A stretch of DNA of 64,000 nt, from NCBI GenBank assembly GCA_950097015.1, contig CATNEN010000038.1, positions 28,768,001 to 28,832,000 of the forward strand, in the 5' to 3' direction. Position 1 is the first letter of the stretch. Each line of letters starts with the position of its first letter. A program made the position numbers and the translations under genes. Shown one piece after another: positions 37,653 through 47,982 of this stretch. The notes under the pieces were generated by a model that had not been told where the DNA came from, made no database searches, and saw only the letters and a list, made by a program, of their open reading frames with translations. Origin of the DNA: Macrostomum hystrix. Taxonomy: Eukaryota > Animalia > Platyhelminthes.

Positions 37653-39107
37653 GCCTTACGTTAAGCTTACGTACAGCCAGTAAAGCTCCGAAAGCTGGTC
37701 TTTTGGCCCTTCCCAACAACATACGTCCTTTGTATCTCGTCTCATCTCTCCCGTGTCTCATCTCTCCCGTGTCTCATCTCTCCCGTGTCTCATCTCTCCC
37801 GTGTCTCATCTCTCCCGTGTCTCATCTCTCCCGTGTCTCATCTCTCCCGTGTCTCATCTCTCCCGTGTCTCATCTCTCCCGTGTCTCATCTCTCCCGTGT
37901 CTCATCTCTCCCGTGTCTCATCTCTCCCGTGTCTCATCTCTCCCGTGTCTCATCTCTCCCGTGTCTCATCTCTCCCGTGTCTCATCTCTCCCGTGTCTCA
38001 TCTCTCCCGTGTCTCATCTCTCCCGTGTCTCATCTCTTCCGTGTCTCATCTCTCCCGTGTCTCATCTCTCCCGTGTCTCATCTCTCCCGTGTCTCATCTC
38101 TCGCGTGTCTCATCTCTCCCGTGTCTCATCTCTCCCGTGTCTCATCTCTCCCGTGTCTCATCTCTCCCGTGTCTCATCTCTCCCGTGTCTCATCTCTCCC
38201 GTGTCTCATCTCTCCCGTGTCTCATCTCTCCCGTGTCTCATCTCTCCCGTGTCTCATCTCTCCCGTGTCTCATCTCTCCCGTGTCTCATCTCTCCCGTGT
38301 CTCATCTCTCCCGTGTCTCATCTCTCCCGTGTCTCATCTCTCCCGTGTCTCATCTCTTCCGTGTCTCATCTCTCCCGTGTCTCATCTCTCCCGTGTCTCA
38401 TCTCTCCCGTGTCTCATCTCTCCCGTGTCTCATCTCTCCCGTGTCTCATCTCTCCCGTGTCTCATCTCTCCCGTGTCTCATCTCTCCCGTGTCTCATCTC
38501 TTCCGTGTCTCATCTCTCCCGTGTCTCATCTCTCCCGTGTCTCATCTCTCCCGTGTCTCATCTCTCGCGTGTCTCATCTCTCCCGTGTCTCATCTCTCCC
38601 GTGTCTCATCTCTCCCGTGTCTCATCTCTCCCGTGTCTCATCTCTCCCGTGTCTCATCTCTCCCGTGTCTCATCTCTCCCGTGTCTCATCTCTCCCGTGT
38701 CTCATCTCTCCCGTGTCTCATCTCTCCCGTGTCTCATCTCTCCCGTGTCTCATCTCTCCCGTGTCTCATCTCTCCCGTGTCTCATCTCTCCCGTGTCTCA
38801 TCTCTTCCGTGTCTCATCTCTCCCGTGTCTCATCTCTCCCGTGTCTCATCTCTCCCGTGTCTCATCTCTCCCGTGTCTCATCTCTCCCGTGTCTCATCTC
38901 TCCCGTGTCTCATCTCTCCCGTGTCTCATCTCTCCCGTGTCTCATCTCTTCCGTGTCTCATCTCTCCCGTGTCTCATCTCTCCCGTGTCTCATCTCTCCC
39001 GTGTCTCATCTCTCGCGTGTCTCATCTCTCCCGTGTCTCATCTCTCCCCTGTCTCATCTCTCCCCTGTCTTATCTCTATTAGACAGACTTTAGACTTAGG
39101 CTACTAA

Positions 39108-39422
39108 AGAGGTTGTAGCCTAGTGGTTAGGGCGTCGGACTCACGACTTGAAGGTCGGGGTTCGATTCCCGACTCCACTGGAACAATTTGTGTCCTTTAG
39201 CAAGACACTTAACTCTGCATTGCTTCAGTTCACCCAGCTGTTAAATGGGTACCAGCATCAGCTGGGATAATTGAAGGTGGGTGTGGCGTCCCCCAGTCCG
39301 TGGACTGAACAGCTGTACGCAGCCTTCAGATGCGCCGCGCATTAGCTGCGGCTGTGCTGTCGGCTGCACATCTGACCCAATTGGGGCAGGTGTAATCAAT
39401 TATTATTATTAAATTATTATTA
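39108..39422 (+). mobile_element. SINE family B (CORE-SINE), full length
   Basis: A box GTAGCCTAGTGG, B box GGTTCGATTCCC, CORE GTGTCCTTTAGCAAGACACTTAACTCTGCATTGCTTCAGTTCACCCAGCTGTTAAATGGG, and ATT tail. Confidence 0.92.
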
Positions 39423-39713
39423 TCTCTATCGTGTCTCATCTCTCCCGTGTCTCATCTCTCCCGTGTCTCATCTCTCCCGTGTCTCATCTCTTCCGTGTCT
39501 CATCTCTTCCGTGTCTCATCTCTCCCGTGTCTCATCTCTCCCGTGTCTCATCTCTTCCGTGTCTCATCTCTCCCGTGTCTCATCTCTCCCGTGTCTCATC
39601 TCTCCCGTGTCTCATCTCTCGCGTGTCTCATCTCTCCCGTGTCTCATCTCTCCCCTGTCTCATCTCTCCCCTGTCTTATCTCTATTAGACAGACTTTAGA
39701 CTTAGGCTACTAA

Positions 39714-40028
39714 AGAGGTTGTAGCCTAGTGGTTAGGGCGTCGGACTCACGACTTGAAGGTCGGGGTTCGATTCCCGACTCCACTGGAACAATTTGTGTC
39801 CTTTAGCAAGACACTTAACTCTGCATTGCTTCAGTTCACCCAGCTGTTAAATGGGTACCAGCATCAGCTGGGATAATTGAAGGTGGGTGTGGCGTCCCCC
39901 AGTCCGTGGACTGAACAGCTGTACGCAGCCTTCAGATGCGCCGCGCATTAGCTGCGGCTGTGCTGTCGGCTGCACATCTGACCCAATTGGGGCAGGTGTA
40001 ATCAATTATTATTATTAAATTATTATTA
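39714..40028 (+). mobile_element. SINE family B, identical duplicate (606-bp tandem duplication)
   Basis: Appears identical by eye to 39108-39422, including flanks. Confidence 0.92.
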
Positions 40029-40764
40029 TCTCTATCGTGTCTCATCTCTCCCGTATCTCATCTCTCCCCTGTCCCATCTTTTCCCGTATTTTATTTCTAC
40101 TTCGCGTCATGAATCGCGCGATTTATTTTCTAAAGCCAGTCTGGCCTGCTATTTTTGGCTCAGTCTGAAATCAAGGCTCATATAGTAAATCGTTTTCCGA
40201 ACCTCGTCTTAATTATTCGATTTGGTTTAAATGGCAGAAAATTAGCCCAGAATTTTTATTTTATTTTAGACGAATATATGAATCCTAATGCAAAAATGAA
40301 AGAACAGGAATGACTGTTCGCAAAATAATTGTATCGACAGTTAAGCAAGTTGAGTACTTACTACTGCTCAGTAAGATTAGTTTCAAATAAGGCCGCCAAT
40401 CGATGAACAGTCGAAAGGGGAGGGTCTGATTTCTATTCGCTGAATGGACAAACTATTCAGAACTTATAGACGCCAGGAACCACTACTCTAGCCAACTCTG
40501 GCTCAAGCGTTTGTAACAATGAGCCATTGCAAGCGAACCATGCCGCTGCTACTAAAGAGCTATATTAAGGCTTGATATATTAAAAAGCACCTGCTCAATT
40601 GCTGCCAATATCTTGCAGAGAGGGTCAGAGAGCCAAATGAAGTGAGCAACTCAACTCGGGTGTCGCTATAGGGAATAGAAGGCAAAGTAAGATCCCATTT
40701 TTAGCAGGCTGTGGTAATTCTTAGTGTCTCAGAATTAAGCAATCGCGTGAGTACTAGTGAAATA

Positions 40765-41036
40765 ATAATAAGAATAATACTAATTGCAGGAGGACTGCGG
40801 GTCAGGGCACATCATTTAGTGACACCAGACCCGCAGCCAGCGTCACCACTGCAGTTCTGCCAATTTCGCTGACTCCTGAGCACACACGCACACAGATACC
40901 GTACTCGGACATATGCTCATGCAGGTGTGTACATCTGCCCTGCCTTTCTCATCGTCAAGCACTGTACACCTTCACTGTGCCCTGTGCCTCCGCGGCTGCT
41001 CCCTAATCACGTACCGCGCGTTAACCGCTCTGCCAC
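40765..41036 (-). mobile_element. SINE family A, internally deleted copy
   Basis: Conserved 3' body and a remnant head (GTGGCAGAGCGGTTAACGCG on the minus strand). Confidence 0.8.
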
Positions 41037-41613
41037 AGTACCAGTACCAGTAATAAAAAGCATGCTTCATTCAGAATATCAAAATAATATATGTTTAATT
41101 TATTTTGTTTAATTTATTTGGTACCAATTGAATTCGAGAATAATTACATAAAATAAAATAAACAAATGGGCGCTGACAATTATTAGTTGAAGGTTTGCAT
41201 TTTATAGCTTTTTTAAAGTAACATAATTTTTAGTCTGGTGGCAGTGCCTCAAACGATGTTATGAATAACTTCCTGAAGTAAAACAAAATAAAAGTAATCT
41301 AAAGAGAAGCAAGGTGGGGATTATTTTACAAGCCAACCAAGTTTTTGTGCTCGAGTATAGTTTAGAGGGGCGAGTGTTACGACAAATAGTAACGTAAATT
41401 ATAATAGTGCTATTTATATGTTTTGATAGTGTATTTAAATAAAAAAATAGCTTTTACTGCAATGTTTCTATCGTCTAAATCATTTGTTGTTGAAGTTTTA
41501 CATTTTTTCACTTTTTCAATCACCTATTAAAAAATACACATTCGAAAACTTTACTAACAAACGGATAAATATTTTTCTAGAACTCAAATTGTGAAACAAA
41601 AATCAATAGCGAC

Positions 41614-42384
41614 CTAAATGAGCCTCAGTCCGTTGGAGCAGTAACCGGCCACTGAAACTGCCGAGACTACTGGCAATAGACTGAAGCTGAGCAAAACCTG
41701 CGAAGCTGTGTTACCATCGTTGGCAGCACTACTAGGTCCGCGGATCTGTCCCTGGTTGTTGACTTCGGACTCAAGGTCGGCGTCAAAGTATGGCTCCCGA
41801 CTGGCCTCCCCGCTAGTGGGATTCAGGGATAGGAAAGTTGCAAGTTTCTGACAGCCAGTAGCCGATGCTGCGTGCCTGCAGGCCCTGGCTCTAGTCTGGC
41901 TGTGTAGATCACAGATAACGCCAGTCTTGTTGTTGAATGCGCCGGCTCTGACAGCGCCACCTTCCAGTAGCACCAGGCTGCCGTTGGACAATCGGCGTAG
42001 GAAAAGTACAAACTGACGGTCGTTGGCCAGCTCGGCGTCGATTGTGTGCTCGTCGATGCAGCGTGTGAAGTTGGGGTGAAGTGACACGGTGTATGACGTG
42101 CCTGCCAGATAGCCTTTGTGGAAACAGCCAACTGGCACAATCAGCTTGCGAGTATTGTGCAGCTGAACGTCAGCTCCTGGTATGTCGAAGGTCTCTAGAG
42201 CAACATCGGCGTTGAACAGGCTTTTCAGGATGTGATCCAAGGAAGCGGAGCGAAAACGTTGCCGTGCTGTGTTGCAGTCAGCAACGCTGTCTGACGGACC
42301 GTTTGCTGAGACTTGCAGCTCATCGGTTAGGGACACTGCGAAGCTGCAGCTCAGCAGGAGCGGAAGTACGTGAAGAGCCTTCAT
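41614..42384 (-). CDS. Secreted, probably GPI-anchored protein with an NtA/NTR-like domain, 256 aa
   Basis: Single ORF with signal peptide MKALHVLPLLLSCSFAVS, then ADVAL...VPVGCFHKG...C...RQFVLFLRR. A small-residue site (SSAANDG) is followed by a hydrophobic C-terminus. Confidence 0.72.
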   Translation of the reverse strand: MKALHVLPLLLSCSFAVSLTDELQVSANGPSDSVADCNTARQRFRSASLDHILKSLFNADVALETFDIPGADVQLHNTRKLIVPVGCFHKGYLAGTSYTVSLHPNFTRCIDEHTIDAELANDRQFVLFLRRLSNGSLVLLEGGAVRAGAFNNKTGVICDLHSQTRARACRHAASATGCQKLATFLSLNPTSGEASREPYFDADLESEVNNQGQIRGPSSAANDGNTASQVLLSFSLLPVVSAVSVAGYCSNGLRLI

Positions 42385-43190
42385 AAAGGAAACAGTAAAA
42401 TCGGATCGAGCTTAGGGAGTATTCAAATGTCTTGGCACGAAAATGCTTATGTTGCTTTTATTTAAGCTACATGCAAATTTCGAGACATTGTGACTATCGC
42501 CTTTAACTTCTCCTTTGCAGCCGTGATAGCCAATAGCAGTGGAGGCGGTGCATTATGCTCCAGTAGCTACTAAAAAACATGCCCCGTCAGGACACAAGGT
42601 AGATACCATTTAGCATATCAAATGACTGGTGCTTTGTGGTGTGATTTAGTGACCACACTTAATTATACATAATTAAAGGCTAAAATGAACCATTTCACTC
42701 TGTTTCTGTTTTGTACTAATGCGACTATACGAACTAGCATAAGTATTTTGGCTTTTAGTGCAAATTAACATGTAATTAGATATAATTTTATTAAACTGCT
42801 TCTTGTACTATGATCAACAGGGACAGAAAATTATAGTTTGTATCTGGATGTACTAAAATATATTCTTAGGTCATGTACACACGAGAATCTATCGTTTATA
42901 CACGAAGCTTTAGCTTAAAAATGGCACTGAAAATATCTTTCTTTTCCTTCAAGTGCAACTCCTTCCAGTTAACAATTTGAAATGAGAGTTACTCAAACAA
43001 AGCTCAAATTTCAATATAGGCCACACATATTAAATGTAAATTGCCCTGGTTTGCTTAAATATTTTCTTAACTTAGAGGCCCCAACGAAAAAAATGCGTAA
43101 AAAGTACCTGATTTTATTCTTCATGACCTATATGGCTGATACTGTACCAGGCAAAAAGGCTTATGTAACACGTGCTTCCAATGTCAACAT

Positions 43191-43687
43191 TTATAGGTTT
43201 TTCCGGTCAAGTGGCAGACTAGCCTACTATACTCAAGTGCAAATAACGCAGTTCAAGTGCGACATATTCAAGTCAAGTGGCAACAAGCCAAATCAAGTTG
43301 CAAATTGTCTATTCAGAGTCAAGTGCAACATAGTCAATTCAAGAAGCAACTCATTCGTTTCTATGTGCATTTCAAATGAATCCTCGCAATTCTCGCTCAA
43401 ATGATTCTATCAGTCGCTGCTTGTCCCCAGCGGGTATTCTGGCTCGTGCAGCAGCCATTTGCTGTTGAGTTGGCTTTGTCGCACTTGGTTTGGCCTTTTC
43501 TATCTGTCGTTGTCATTGCGCAACAGTGGGGGTATATAGAGAAGCGCTCTGATTGGCTAATTTGCACTTGAACTGGCGTTTGCACTTGACTTGGCTATTT
43601 TGGCAGATAAACTGACTTTCATGCACTTGAGATTACTATGTGGCACTTGAGTAGGCTACTCTGCTACTTGACCGGAAAAACCTATAA
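43191..43687. mobile_element. MITE with 22-bp perfect TIRs and repeated CAAGTG/CACTTG subterminal motifs
   Basis: TTATAGGTTTTTCCGGTCAAGT ... ACTTGACCGGAAAAACCTATAA. Confidence 0.82.
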
Positions 43688-44859
43688 TTGAAGCCGAAAT
43701 GAAAATATGTATGATGTGTTTCAGATAAAACGAAAGGAGTTCTATAATTCTGTCTAGCTATAAATGCCTCCGTGAATAAAACTTGAGCATTTAGAATATC
43801 TAATCTACTTTAAGTAAAACAGTTTGCGTTCTGTATTATAATTTACTTGTGCAATCTCCATTGAGCAGTTTCTACAGGAGCAGCACTTTCCTCCTCCTCT
43901 CTCTCGCTCTCTCCCTCCCTTTCATTCGGCGAGTGTACAATTTCATTAGCTCTTTCTCTCCTGACTCAATGCAGCTATTGCAGTTAACTTGGGTTGTACC
44001 TTTTTCTATTTGTATTGCAATATGGCACTAACTCTAACCTATAGGTACGATGTATGCTCGCAAATTGATTGCATGTACTACACGTCGTCATTTCTAAGTA
44101 TAGGCCTCAGAAAAAAGTATGAAGACTAAAGCTAAAAGGTCCACTACATTGCAGCAGGCTCTAGATTGTGCCGTGAATATAAAAAATGTTTTCTCGACTT
44201 GTCGCCCTTATTCTCTTCAGCTTTGCCAGTGAGTCCTTTATTACTATTTTCAAGTATTTTTTCCTCGAATTAGAATCCTGCAGTCAACGCGATGATTTTT
44301 CTCGCTAGGTCTGCCAACCATACACGCTTAGACACATTGCATTAACCGATAATCATTAGCCATGAATTCAAATCCAACTTCATGTCGATCAATGAGGCCA
44401 AACTCTCAAAGCGTTGTCATAGTGAAAAGTATGAAATGAACACATACGAGTAGACACTTAAAGTAATATTTATTTACTTTATTTAGTCAGACTATGGATC
44501 AGAAACAACTGATTTAGTCAGTTTGTTTCAGCTGGGAATGAAAGCAAACATAGAAAGGTGGAACTAGAACATCACAAGCGTACAAGAGAGAGGTCTAAGG
44601 TAAATGAGATTCAGTCTTGTCCAAATTTGGTCAACCTAACTAAACCTGTCTTTCTGAGTGTACGCGAGAACAATAAAATAACAATTCTAAGCTAAAGAAG
44701 ACTTGTACGTTGCACAGAATTTTTTCGCCGTTCACATTTTGAATGTGTATTTTGGTTGTATACCATCTAGCTTGTATCTTGGATTTATTCGTTAAACCAT
44801 TTTTGTCGGATTATTAAGGCTAGTTGGATAGCAATGACAACGGGTTTACAAGCAGGGGC

Positions 44860-45262
44860 ACGGCCACAGCTATAGTGCAGCGTTTTCACGACTGTGTACA
44901 TCTGTCCATGGACTGTGGAGGCCTTCAACACACAGCTAAACTGCTCGTACCCATTTTAAAAATCGATGAACATATGCACTAGGGAGTTAAGTGTCTTAAT
45001 AATAGTAATAATTGCAGGAGGGCTGCGGGCAATGGCACATCATTTTGGTGACAGTAGACCCGCAGCCAGCGAGGAGGCAATTCTGCCCATTTCGCTGACT
45101 CCTGAGCACACACGCACACAGATACTGTACGCAGGCATACGGTCACACAGGTGGTTACATCTGTCCTGACTTCGTCATCCTCAGGCACTTTCACTGTGCC
45201 TTGGAGGTTAGCCCTCAAGGGGGTAAATTGCACGACAAGCGGCCCCAAGCCTTCTCTCCGCT
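44860..45262 (-). mobile_element. SINE B fragment (44860-44995) abutting a 5'-truncated SINE A (44998-45262)
   Basis: Recognisable blocks of both families on the minus strand. Confidence 0.8.
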
Positions 45263-45288
45263 TACTTACTTTCACTCTCCTTTTCTAG

Positions 45289-46064
45289 GTGCACAATCGG
45301 CTTGTGATCACCAAATCTGCGCGGATCCGTCGTTGAAGTGTCTGACAGGATTTTATCCGGGACTTGACTGTACATGTTCCATTTGTCCGGAAAGTAGGAC
45401 AGAGTCGAATAAATGGAAGCTGCAATGCTTCATTAGCAAAGGTTTATGCCTGACTTCTGATCCACAGCCGTTGATGTGCAGTGATTTACTCTGCCCATTA
45501 GTCCTGACTTGTGCCAAGGGAAAATACCCAGACTCCGCTTGTATCTGCGCTGACTGTCCTTCAGACTCAACGCTCGCAGAAAATAAGCGCCTTCTTGACT
45601 GCATTCAGCAGCGCGCACTCTGTGTGGCCCCAAAGTCAGATAAAACAACCACTAGTGCCATAAACGTCACTACAGCATATTTATCGAACAGTAATCGGAC
45701 GACAGATCTTTCGATGAGTTTTAATGCCGGGCAGAAGGTCGCAGTAGGCTGCTCTGCGGCCGCTTTACTGCTTGCCTCCTGTGGTCTTATCTTCTGGTGT
45801 AAACGCAAAAAGTGCACCCAACGACAAAGACCAAAAAGCAAAAACGACGGTGCATCTAGGTGTCACATATGCAAAAAGCCTGTGGAGCAACTCAGATATT
45901 TGTCAGACTTCGAGCTCTGCAAGTGCCCGAAGCAAAATACAGTTGTCATGGAAGAGCGTGCTCCTGAAGTCGAACAAGCTGCTGAGAACGACGCGCTTTT
46001 GCAACTACAGTCTGCCGATGTGCCTAAATTAACCGAAGCTAGGACTCAAGAAGAATCAGTTTAA
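45289..46064 (+). CDS. Type I membrane protein with two TNFR-like CRDs (main exon; signal exon unresolved)
   Basis: Acceptor TTTTCTAG at 45288. Two repeats of C-x5/6-C-x2-G-x-YP-x3-C-x-C-x2-CP-x12/13-C-x5-LC, a Thr/Ser stalk, TM VAVGCSAAALLLASCGLIFWC, a basic stop-transfer, and a tail ending TQEESV. Candidate first exon 43969-44011 has a weak donor. Confidence 0.75.
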
Positions 46065-46421
46065 GTCGCCAAACTCGATAACCCGGATTAGCCGTTTGAA
46101 AACCTGATATCCGCTTTTACTGCCAGCTTTTTTATTGTACCGGCCCCAGAGTGCAGTCGACAGCACAATCACACACATTTTCGCGGCACATCTAAATGCT
46201 GGGTACGACTGTTCATATCTTCACGACACTTTACTGCCTTCAGACTGTTGATTACTATTAATTAAAAATAATTGCAATCACAGTTACAATTGTTTTATAG
46301 TTATTATATGGTATATTTTAACTATCGTATAATGACGCGTTTAAAAGAATTTAATATATATAACACTCTGTTATGGTAAGGTAAGTTGGAAATAAGGTAT
46401 TGCTATTAATGTGTGTAAATA

Positions 46422-47248
46422 CACTCAGCAACATTAAAAACCGCCACCCTAGAGCGAGGGAAACGATTCATCTCAACTCACTACCACAAATGACGCAATG
46501 TGCACCTGAGAGAGAGGTGAAAAACCGCGAATGACGCAATGCTCACCCATCCCGACTCCGTAACCAGAGAAACGAAAGAGAGTCAAACTACCTGACAGTC
46601 GCATGGAAATTCGGGTGTTATTAAATAACTGCTGCCTCCGGTGAATTCGCTGCATCGCCCACAGCTCTCGTGTGGCGCAGTGAGCAGGTGTCAGTCGGGG
46701 TCGCTTGCGCATCTTCCGGCAGCGCAGCCCAGCCGCCCAAATTCTCCGTCTAATTGTTTGGGCGCTCAAGATGTTCCCGCGCCTGCTTCTTCACCCCAGA
46801 TGAGTCGAAGCAATGTGGCAGGTAAGGTGGGGTTTCCCCTCACAATTCACAGCAGTCACTAATCAGCCCATGCTGTGCTGCGCAGATGACGGCGCTGAAC
46901 TCCAAGACTTGCGTGCGCGACACTGCCAGTGTCTCTGGACTTCTGCAGGACGCGAATCGTCGAACGTGATCTACCGAATTGACGGGCTACTGCTCGGATG
47001 GACATTCCGGCCTCAAGCATGCCTATGGCTCGCCATCGTTCACCATCGGTCATGTGGCGGTCCATTTTGGAAATAACGAGTAATACTGGTTACTGGTTAC
47101 CTGCATTTTGACTGAGTGTGCTAAATCATCCATTTTGAACTTCGCGATAACCCTTTACCCACCCCACTCTCCCACGGTAGCTCTCCTTGCAGTCAGGTGC
47201 ACATTACGCTGCACGCTCTAGGGTGGCGGTTTTTAATGTTGCTGAGTA
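46422..47248 (-). mobile_element. Internally deleted Tc1-like transposon
   Basis: About 35-bp TIRs (ACTCAGCAACATTAAAAACCGCCACCCTAGAGCG) flanked by TA. Remnant paired HTH (RAIGMLEAGMSIRAVARQFGRSRSTI; SAQTIRRRI). No DDE domain. Confidence 0.88.
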
Positions 47249-47982
47249 TAATACTTATTGTATCCATTTATTGCAGAACTCTTGCGTGACTTTAGAAGTA
47301 CATAATTAGTTAAATTGCCACACCTGTCAATCAGTCATCATAATAATTACATATATAAGGCTTTGTTTGCTTTGTAACTATTGCTGTTAACTTTAATAAT
47401 AACTTATATAATTGTAACGGTGTAAATAGATTTAGTGTAAATATGTTTCATTTATTTGTAAATACGTTTTATAAAAATACTAAAAAATATAAAAATTAAA
47501 TACGCGTCAAAAATAACAAAATTTTGTTTTACTCTTTACTAATACTGTATGAATCTTTTTGTTTTAATGATGACCGTGTAAATATTATTTTGTGAAAATT
47601 CACCATTTAAACAAATGCTAAAAAACTCTTGTATATATAGCCGCAGTTTTTTTCAGACAGAAAAATAACCTCGCCGTGCGTGTAAGAGAGTGAGAGAGTG
47701 TGTGAGTAAAATTGTTGGCCGAAAGCCAAGTCATTGTTGAAGCTTTAAATTGTGTGTTCGAGATATAAAAGAGTGATTTGAGGAAAAGGAGTCATTTTGT
47801 TAGTCATTTGTGAGAAGATACTGAGAGATATACTGAGAACCATACTAAGAACTATACTGAGAACCATACTAAGACCTATACTCAGATTTATACTAAGAAT
47901 ATTACTAAGAGGGAACTGCTAAACTCTAATCTCGGGGACGCCTAATCGGCTGGAAAGTATATATAGTGCCTAATTACCGCTC

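Larger units (their letters stand above)
37735..40085. repeat. 16-bp pyrimidine-rich satellite (GTGTCTCATCTCTCCC) interrupted by two SINE B copies
   Basis: About 100 units; it has no stop codons in any + frame, which explains the 440-480-aa false ORFs. Confidence 0.97.

Noticed and set aside
37637-39107. Three 440-481-aa ORFs (CLISPVSHLSRVSSLP)n
   Set aside because: Translations of a stop-free 16-bp satellite, open in all three frames. The same applies to the ORFs at 11.0-11.8, 15.3-17.1, 35.1-35.7 and 59.9-60.4 kb.
39108-39180. tRNA genes at the SINE heads
   Set aside because: A/B boxes are present, but there is no closed acceptor stem and each head continues into a dispersed repeat body with an (ATT)n tail.
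42982-43404. 140-aa ORF
   Set aside because: No recognisable motifs, and it runs through the arm of a MITE.
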